Part shown: piece after piece, positions 57,823-64,000 of the stretch
How positions within the stretch are numbered: the first letter of the stretch is position 1
How the letters are laid out: each line of letters starts with the position of its first letter
Source of the DNA: Actinomycetes bacterium
Lineage (GTDB): Bacteria > Actinomycetota > Acidimicrobiia > Acidimicrobiales > Palsa-688
Assembly (NCBI GenBank): GCA_021788115.1
Contig: JAJYLA010000002.1
Span: 20,476-84,475, forward strand
Direction of reading: 5' to 3'
DNA length: 64,000 bases
The notes under the pieces: generated by a model
Database searches by the model: none
What the model was told of the DNA's origin: nothing
The model's input: only the letters and a program-made list of their open reading frames with translations
Position numbers and translations under genes: made by a program

Positions 57823-60630
57823 ATGGCCCGGGGGAAGGCCCTGGTCGGGCTTTCTGGTGTCGCCCTGTTGGTGCTCTTCGGACCGGTCGTGCCCGGCCGC
57901 TGGGGGCGGGCGCAGCCCGCCGGTGCCACGGCGACGGCCGGCTACCGGCTTCCCAACGGCTGGGCCCTCGACCCGGCGGGAAGGACGGTCGAGACCTCGC
58001 GCAGCCCGACCGGGCTGGCGGTGTCTCCGGACGGCCAGACGGTGGCCGTGGTAGGCAGCGGCGTGTACGACGAGGACGTCGCCGTGCTCAACGCCCGGAC
58101 GCTCACCGCCTGGTACACGCCGGCGTCCCAGCTGTGGCAGGGGGTCGCCTTCGACGGCAACCGGAGGGTGTGGGTGTCAGGCGGCTCCTTCGACGCCGTC
58201 TTCCCCTATCGGCTCGAGGGCGGGGCGGCCGTACCGAGCGGCGGGGGGATCGCGGTCCCGGGCTACCCGGGCAACATGCTCGCCGGCCCCGACGGCACCC
58301 TCTACGTGCTCGGGAACATCAGCATGCCGGCTTCCGGAGGCGCCGGCACGTGTCCGGGCAGCGACATCTGCTCGGTCGTCAGCATCATCAGCCCGCCGTC
58401 GACGGCTCGCTCCCCGGTGCGAGTCCCGGTGGGTCGCGACGCCTACGGCCTGGCCCTCAACCCGCATGCGGGGGTGCTGTACGTCACCAACTGGGCGGAT
58501 TCGACCAATCCGGCCCGCGCCGGCGGGACGGGCACCGTGTCGGTCGTGGATGTGGCCGACCCGGCCACGGCCCGCGAGGTCCAGGTGATCCCCGTCGGCC
58601 ACGACCCGACAGGGATCGCCCTGTCGCCCGACGGCCGCGAGCTGGTCGTGACGAACTCCGCCGACGACAGCCTGTCCGTCATCGAGCTCGACGGACACGG
58701 ACGAGCCCGTTCCACCCGCACGGTGTCGCTTCGGGTCAGCCGCGGGGCGCCGCTCGGTACGACCCCCCTGGCGGTGGCCTTCGGCGCCAGGGGAAGCCGG
58801 CTCTTCGTCGATCTCGCCGGGCTCAACGCGGTGGAGGTCCTCACCGGCAGCGGCCGGCCCATCCCGCAGCACGTCACCGTGGGCGGGTCCGCCATGACCG
58901 TGGCTCACACCTGGATTCCGACCGGCTGGTACCCCGACGCGCTCGCTGTGGCTCCGAACCCGACGGGGACGGGCTCCCGGCTCTACGTCACCAACCTGAA
59001 AGGTGTGGGCTCCGGCCCGGGCACCTACCAGCAGCTCTCCCCGGTCGTCGGGACGATGACCGAGGGCAGTCTTTCCGTGGTCGACCTGCCCGCCAGCCTG
59101 TCGGCGCCACCCTTCGCCGCATGGACGGGACAGACCGTGGCCAACGATCACCTCGCCCCGGTCTTCGACCGGAACCTGCCCGACCCGGCGACCGACCCGT
59201 GCCTGCCGGCGCCGCTGCCGGGCGGGGCGGGGGTGACCAGCCAGCTGCTGTGCGCCGCGTCCCACCATCAGATCGATCCGCGGACGCTGCACGTGGTGAT
59301 CATCAACAACGAGAACAAGGACTTCGACGACTACTTCGGCGACATCGGCAGCGTGCTCCCGGGCGCCAACGCCGACCCGGCGTTCACGCGTTACGGGGCA
59401 GCGGTCACGACGAACCAGCACGCCCTGGCCGAGACGTTCGCGCTGGACGACAACTTCTTCTCCGACGGGGAGTCGTCGGTGCTCGGTCACAGCTGGCTGA
59501 CGGCGGGGTACACGACGGAGTACAACGAGCTGACCTGGGGTCCCGAATACGACCTCGGGCTACGCGGCGACCGGAGCGCAGGGGAGTACTCCGGCAATGC
59601 CTACCTGGCGGCTCAGGGGGTCGCGCCACAGACCGACCCGCGGGTGGCGGCCGAGGAGAAAGCGATGGTCGAACCGCGCCAGAGGATCTTCGACGTCCTG
59701 GCCGACCCCGCCACCAACCCGCTCCGGCTCAGCGAACGCATCTACTCCGACGACCTCAACCCCGCCTCGGCCGCGACCCCTGACCAGGTGCCGCTGGCGC
59801 TGTGGGGCCTCGGTCCCGACGCCATCGGCGGAAGCGACATCACATTCCCCGACGTCGATCGAGCCGAGATGTTCCTCCACGGAAAGACCACTTCCCACGC
59901 GTGGGACCTCCTCAAGTTCAGGACCGGCCCGCCGGCCACGTTTGGTAAGACGATCTCGTTCAATCCGGCCGATCAGGCAAAGTTCACCCTCGACGGCTGG
60001 ACGGGAGCGTACGACCGGTGCCGCGCCGCCGGGGGCAGCGACGCCACGTGCCAGCGGGCTATGCCCAATCTGAGCTACCTGGTCTTCCCCGAAAACCACA
60101 CCTACGTCATCGATTTCGCCTACAACCCCCTCGACCCGAGCCGCCCGGCGATGGTGGCCGACAACGATTACGCCATCGGACTGGTGACGCAGGGTCTGTC
60201 CCGCAGCCCGTTCTGGAAGAACACGCTCGTGCTGCTCACCGAGGACGATCCCCAGAACTCCGGCGACCATGTCGACATCCACCGGACGTTCGTGCTCGCC
60301 TCCGGAGGCCTCGCCCGCCGCCTCGGTCAGGACGCGACGGTCTCCTCGCAGGTCGGCTCCTACCCCTCGATCCTGAAGACAGCCGAGACGCTGCTCGGGA
60401 TCCCGCCGATGACCCTGTTCGACTGGAGGGCCATCCCTCTGGCGAGCCTCGTCGCGCCGGACCAGGCCTACGCGGCCAGCGCCCCTTCCTACAGCGCGGT
60501 GCCGCCCTCGACCCCGTTCCTGGTCTCACCGCCGGTCACCGCGCTCCCCCCGGACTTCCCAAGCACCCTCGTCCAGCAGGCAGAAGCCACCCTGCTCTCC
60601 GAGATCGGCAAACCGACCCGGACCCCGTAG
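57823..60630 (+). CDS. Secreted fusion protein: N-terminal YVTN-type beta-propeller plus C-terminal phosphoesterase-family (phospholipase C / acid phosphatase AcpA-like) domain, about 935 aa
   Basis: MARGKALVGLSGVALLVLFGPVV is a signal peptide or anchor. LYVTNWADS, LVVTNSADDSLSVIEL and LYVTNLKG are YVTN repeats. HVVIINNENKDFDDYFG and LVLLTEDDPQNSGDHVDIHR are phosphoesterase-family motifs. Confidence 0.7.
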   Translation: MARGKALVGLSGVALLVLFGPVVPGRWGRAQPAGATATAGYRLPNGWALDPAGRTVETSRSPTGLAVSPDGQTVAVVGSGVYDEDVAVLNARTLTAWYTPASQLWQGVAFDGNRRVWVSGGSFDAVFPYRLEGGAAVPSGGGIAVPGYPGNMLAGPDGTLYVLGNISMPASGGAGTCPGSDICSVVSIISPPSTARSPVRVPVGRDAYGLALNPHAGVLYVTNWADSTNPARAGGTGTVSVVDVADPATAREVQVIPVGHDPTGIALSPDGRELVVTNSADDSLSVIELDGHGRARSTRTVSLRVSRGAPLGTTPLAVAFGARGSRLFVDLAGLNAVEVLTGSGRPIPQHVTVGGSAMTVAHTWIPTGWYPDALAVAPNPTGTGSRLYVTNLKGVGSGPGTYQQLSPVVGTMTEGSLSVVDLPASLSAPPFAAWTGQTVANDHLAPVFDRNLPDPATDPCLPAPLPGGAGVTSQLLCAASHHQIDPRTLHVVIINNENKDFDDYFGDIGSVLPGANADPAFTRYGAAVTTNQHALAETFALDDNFFSDGESSVLGHSWLTAGYTTEYNELTWGPEYDLGLRGDRSAGEYSGNAYLAAQGVAPQTDPRVAAEEKAMVEPRQRIFDVLADPATNPLRLSERIYSDDLNPASAATPDQVPLALWGLGPDAIGGSDITFPDVDRAEMFLHGKTTSHAWDLLKFRTGPPATFGKTISFNPADQAKFTLDGWTGAYDRCRAAGGSDATCQRAMPNLSYLVFPENHTYVIDFAYNPLDPSRPAMVADNDYAIGLVTQGLSRSPFWKNTLVLLTEDDPQNSGDHVDIHRTFVLASGGLARRLGQDATVSSQVGSYPSILKTAETLLGIPPMTLFDWRAIPLASLVAPDQAYAASAPSYSAVPPSTPFLVSPPVTALPPDFPSTLVQQAEATLLSEIGKPTRTP

Positions 60631-60751
60631 CAGGACGCCCACCGCACCGTCACCGTCCACGTCCGGGCTCGGCCGTGGTCACGGCTGAGGTAGCCTCGGG
60701 GCCGACCCAGAGGGACATACCTGAACGCGGGAGTGCGTCATCGCCTACAGC

Positions 60752-61204
60752 GTGGACTTCAACCATGTTTCGACGGTCGGCCTGGAATCGTCGCCGGTCG
60801 CGGCAGCGCTCGCCGGTCTGCGGGCGAACGAGGCCCGCTACTTCAAGAACAAGTACGACCACGTCTTCACGGTGGAGCCTGCCCGCAACGCGAAGGCCAC
60901 GATCGACTGGGTGCACCACATCCTGGAAGAAGAACGCGGCATCGTCATCTCATCCCGACCTCTCGAGGCTACGGCTTTCCAGGTCGAGAACATCCGAATG
61001 GCGTACGTCTTCTACGAGAGCGGTCTGTCGATCAACGTGATGTACACGGTGGACGACCCAAAGAAGCGGGCTGTCGGGTTGAAGCTCTCCGAAGGGATGG
61101 ACGTCCCCGCGGAGCTCGCCTCGCAATTCAAGTTCGCCCGACAGAAGTCGAAGCTGGCCGGAACCATCCGCGGTTCCTTCTTCGTCCTCAAGAACGAGTA
61201 CTGA
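60752..61204 (+). CDS. Hypothetical protein, 150 aa; no family recognised
   Basis: GTG start. The composition is protein-like and comparatively Lys/Asn/Phe/Tyr-rich (FKNKYDHVFTVEPARNAKATIDWVHHILEEERG...FFVLKNEY). Local GC is visibly lower than in the rest of the window. Confidence 0.5.
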   Translation: MDFNHVSTVGLESSPVAAALAGLRANEARYFKNKYDHVFTVEPARNAKATIDWVHHILEEERGIVISSRPLEATAFQVENIRMAYVFYESGLSINVMYTVDDPKKRAVGLKLSEGMDVPAELASQFKFARQKSKLAGTIRGSFFVLKNEY

Positions 61205-61271
61205 TCCCCGGCCCGGCGAACAGAACGCCGCCCGGCAGCAAAGGGGGCGCGACTCGCTCCCAGCGAGCACC

Positions 61272-61880
61272 TCAGGTGACCGGTGACGTAGAACGCCCTG
61301 CTGCGAGGGCCGCTTTGGCTGCGAGGAGCACTGGAGCATCCAGGTGACGGGGCGGGGGTTTGCCGGCGAGTAGATAGCGACGAATGGCTCCCGAGGGGAG
61401 GTCGAGCACGGCGAAGGTCACGACTCGTCGGTGCGCTTTGGCGCTGTCGCCGTACCAGCGGACGGTGAAGGCGTCCAGTGCTCTTATGAGGTCGTCGTTC
61501 ACGGTTTGCAGGTCGTTGTCCAACTCGCTCGGCCAGCGAGGACTGACCTGTTCCCGCCCCAATCCGGCGAGGATCTGTGCTGTGGCTGTCTCGATTCGCG
61601 CCCACCGGGGATAGTGGAGCACGGCCTCCTCGAGCGCACACTCCCGATCTTCCAACTGAAGGCTCTTCAGTAGCCCTGCCTGGCCCGCCCGCGCCGACCG
61701 GAGCCACAGCGCAGCAAGGAGGTGATCCTTGGTCGGGAACCGGTAGTAGATCGACCCGATGTGGCCGCCCATTCGGGCCGCCACCGTTTCGGTGGTGAGC
61801 TTCGTCGGGCCGGCGCCCACGACGATCTCCAGGGCAGCATTGAGGATCGCGTCCTGGTCAAAGCGCGATGGCCTCGGCAC
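61272..61880 (-). CDS. TetR-family transcriptional regulator, 202 aa
   Basis: ILNAALEIVVGAGPTKLTTETVAARMGGHIGSIYYRFPTKDHLLAAL is a TetR HTH. Confidence 0.8.
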   Translation of the reverse strand: MPRPSRFDQDAILNAALEIVVGAGPTKLTTETVAARMGGHIGSIYYRFPTKDHLLAALWLRSARAGQAGLLKSLQLEDRECALEEAVLHYPRWARIETATAQILAGLGREQVSPRWPSELDNDLQTVNDDLIRALDAFTVRWYGDSAKAHRRVVTFAVLDLPSGAIRRYLLAGKPPPRHLDAPVLLAAKAALAAGRSTSPVT

Positions 61881-61907
61881 GACCCTCAGCCTACTAGCGA
61901 TCCCGAA

Positions 61908-61929
61908 TAGTTGAGCGTAGGCTCAACTA
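61908..61929. promoter_or_regulatory. 22-bp operator candidate: perfect 9-bp inverted repeat TAGTTGAGC-GTAG-GCTCAACTA in the divergent TetR/MBL intergenic region
   Basis: Read directly from the sequence. It is centred between the TetR start (61880, minus) and the MBL hydrolase start (61975, plus). Confidence 0.55.
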
Positions 61930-61974
61930 CGTGAACGGCATGCACAACCGAGAGATGACGAATCGAGGTGCGGC

Positions 61975-62961
61975 ATGAGCGGAAGGGCCGAGCTGCCGAG
62001 CTGGGCGCACTGGAAGTCCCGACCGTTTCCCGACGCCAATCTTCTGCTGCTCTCCGGCCGACGACCCGCGTTGGTGGACACCGGCTTCGTAGGGCATGCC
62101 GGTCTGACCCGTGACTGGGCCCTGGCCCAGGCCGGCGGTCGGATTGAAGTGGTCGTCAACACGCACTGGCATGCTGATCATGTCGGCGGCAATGCCGCCA
62201 TGCAGGAGCACGGGGCCGAGATCATGGCCAGCTCACACGACGCTGAAGCCGTCCAACGCCGCCATCCCGGTTGTTGCCTGGCCGAGTACCTGGACCAGCC
62301 CGTTGCGCCGTACAGCGTCGATCGTGGCGTCGGCGACGGCGACATCCTCCTTCTCGGGGAGACCGAGTGGCAAGTGATCGCCACCCCCGGCCACACTCCC
62401 GGGCACCTCAGCCTCTGGCAGCCCGACGAGCAGGTCCTCGTCGCCGGTGACGTGCTGTCGGACTACGACGTCGGTTGGGTGGCCTCGGCTCTGGACGGCC
62501 CCGACGCGGCCACCGTGGCGGTGGCCTCCATAGAGAAGCTCGACGCGCTCCACCCGCGCCTCCTGCTCACCGCCCACGGTCCGTTGCCCGCGGACGCCCC
62601 CGCGGTGCTCGCAACCGCCCACCGCCGCGCCAGCCGGCTCGTCGAGGACCCCGAGGGGGCCGTGTGGTACGCGGCGCGGCGCATCTTCGCCTACGCGCTG
62701 ATGATCCACGGCGGACTGCCGGTCAAAGAAGTCCCGGGGTACCTGCTGGCCCGAGCCTGGCTGGCGGACTCCGCAAAGCAGCTCAACCGTTCCGCGGTCG
62801 ACGTTGCCGCCGAGCTCGTCGAAGCTATGCGCAGGAGCGGCGCAGTGACCGAGCAGGACCAGACGCTGATCGCCAACGCCCGCCACACCCCCGTGCCCTC
62901 CCACAGTCTCAAACAACCGTGGCCCCGGATGTGGCCCCCGGTGAAGAAGGCAGCTCGATGA
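61975..62961 (+). CDS. Metallo-beta-lactamase-fold hydrolase, 328 aa
   Basis: VVNTHWHADHVGGN is the HxHxDH motif. ATPGHTPGH and VAGDVL are also present. Confidence 0.8.
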   Translation: MSGRAELPSWAHWKSRPFPDANLLLLSGRRPALVDTGFVGHAGLTRDWALAQAGGRIEVVVNTHWHADHVGGNAAMQEHGAEIMASSHDAEAVQRRHPGCCLAEYLDQPVAPYSVDRGVGDGDILLLGETEWQVIATPGHTPGHLSLWQPDEQVLVAGDVLSDYDVGWVASALDGPDAATVAVASIEKLDALHPRLLLTAHGPLPADAPAVLATAHRRASRLVEDPEGAVWYAARRIFAYALMIHGGLPVKEVPGYLLARAWLADSAKQLNRSAVDVAAELVEAMRRSGAVTEQDQTLIANARHTPVPSHSLKQPWPRMWPPVKKAAR

Positions 62962-63410
62962 AACCTCAGACGAAACGAGAGATTCGCAATCCGGACTACG
63001 TCCAAGGCGTGCGGGACAGCTTCTACCGCCAGGGCCTTATGCGCACCTTCAACGCGCAACTCGTGCGCATCGAACCTGGCGCGGTCGAGATCAGCGTTCC
63101 GTTCACCTCGCACCTGACCCAGCAAGACGCCTTCTTCCACGCCGGGGTCGGGATCGCCCTCCTCGACACGGCCTGCGGCTACGCGGCGTTCACTCTCATG
63201 GCGCCCGACCTACGGGTCCTGACCGTCGAACTGAAAGTCAACCTCCTGTCCCCCGCTGTCGGTGAACGCCTGCGGGCCGTCGGAGAGGTCATCCGGCCCG
63301 GGAGAAGTCTGACCGTGTGCCGAGGCGACGCCTTCACCGTCTCCGGCACCGGCGAGAAGCACGTCGCAACGATCCTCGCCACGATGACCGCCGTCCCGCA
63401 GGCCGCCTGA
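62958..63410 (+). CDS. PaaI-family hotdog-fold acyl-CoA thioesterase, 150 aa
   Basis: This is the internal ATG of track ORF 62475..63410, overlapping the MBL stop (ATGA). The sequence contains GAVEISVPFTSHLTQQDAFFHAGVGIALLDTACGYAA and LTVELKVNLLSPA. Confidence 0.7.
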   Translation: MKPQTKREIRNPDYVQGVRDSFYRQGLMRTFNAQLVRIEPGAVEISVPFTSHLTQQDAFFHAGVGIALLDTACGYAAFTLMAPDLRVLTVELKVNLLSPAVGERLRAVGEVIRPGRSLTVCRGDAFTVSGTGEKHVATILATMTAVPQAA

Positions 63411-64000
63411 GTCGCCCACCGGCGCCGAGCCGTCCGCAGCAGAACCCTCGCCCAACTATCGCCAGACTCGAGGTCACCGGGTACGAGGCGCTCGTCCTCG
63501 GGTGTCGCACACCTGCCCTGAAAAGCCGCCTGCCGGACGCCATCGGACTTGCTACGGCGCCTGCTGGCGGAGGTGACGTCGTCGGGCGCACGGTCTCGTG
63601 CACGTTCGTCCTCCGGCCCGTCTCCGGGTCGGTGCCGGCCGCCACGACCAGCCCAGGACTTTCGTGGAACTGCTGAGATGGGGAACGAGCTCAGGGGGCT
63701 GCTTCGACATCAGTGACGGCAGCAATGGCTGGGGCCAAAGAGCCCGACTGACTTTGCGTCGCCGTTAGTCATGCTCGCGGTACTGCGCAGGTCGGCGCCG
63801 GGGCGGGAAATCAGGGAGGCGGCTATGACCCAGCTCGCCTACCGGTGCGGCATGCCCGTTTCAGGATGGGCTACTGAACAGCATGGGCCCTCCAGCACCG
63901 CCACTGGGCCGGGCGGTGGAGGACAGCACGGGCGTACCCGGGGGAGCCGAGGCGACTGAGCCCTCCGGTGACGGGCTGAGCATCACCGGGCAGGACGTAC

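Noticed and set aside
63411-64000. Possible gene or pseudogene at the right edge, including track ORFs 63317-63676, 63334-63645 and 63771-63959
   Set aside because: None of the six frames gives a protein-like sequence that I can recognise, and the ORFs are short and low-complexity. I leave the region unannotated. It could hold a degraded gene or a small RNA, but I have no positive evidence.

Overview
This is a 64-kb, very GC-rich bacterial chromosome segment. I judge GC at roughly 70 percent by eye from the near-universal G/C third codon positions, but I did not count it. The window is almost entirely coding: I call about 61 CDS and saw no rRNA, tRNA, CRISPR array, transposase or integrase. 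GTG starts and 4-nt ATGA/GTGA stop-start overlaps are frequent. Many long Arg/Pro/Gly-rich ORFs in the supplied track are GC-driven shadow frames and were discarded.

Positions 0.8-53 kb form an aromatic-acid catabolic island built around oxygen-sensitive CoA-thioester chemistry:
1. A UbiD-family decarboxylase chained to two family III CoA-transferases, a phthaloyl-CoA-type module.
2. An IclR regulator followed by an hcrCAB-like 4-hydroxybenzoyl-CoA reductase. Its FAD subunit carries the Cys-rich insert typical of that enzyme.
3. A four-gene class I ATP-dependent benzoyl-CoA reductase, arranged divergently to a BamA/Oah-like crotonase with a fused zinc ribbon, a small Cys protein and a hemerythrin.
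4. One benzoate-CoA-ligase-type ligase, two PaaK-type ligases, two BadH-like SDRs, enoyl-CoA hydratases and glutaryl-CoA dehydrogenase.
5. A roughly 17-kb co-directional block (33189-50393) that I cannot map to a described pathway. It contains a glutaconate-type CoA-transferase, LeuCD-like and isopropylmalate-synthase-like enzymes, an indolepyruvate:ferredoxin oxidoreductase whose beta subunit runs in frame into a 2x[4Fe-4S] ferredoxin domain, a second OFOR (alpha, beta and gamma genes) and a Bbs-like beta-oxidation set ending in a PrpF isomerase.

Regulators are dense: Rrf2, two PAS-LuxR, IclR, PaaX, five TetR and one MarR. Several clean palindromic operator candidates are visible.

The right end (53-64 kb) leaves this theme. 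It holds an S9 peptidase, a MarR gene with an MFS::USP fusion, a secreted beta-propeller-phosphoesterase, and a lower-GC patch with an orphan ORF and a TetR / MBL-hydrolase / thioesterase unit.

All product calls come from my reading of motifs and family resemblance. No database search was run.
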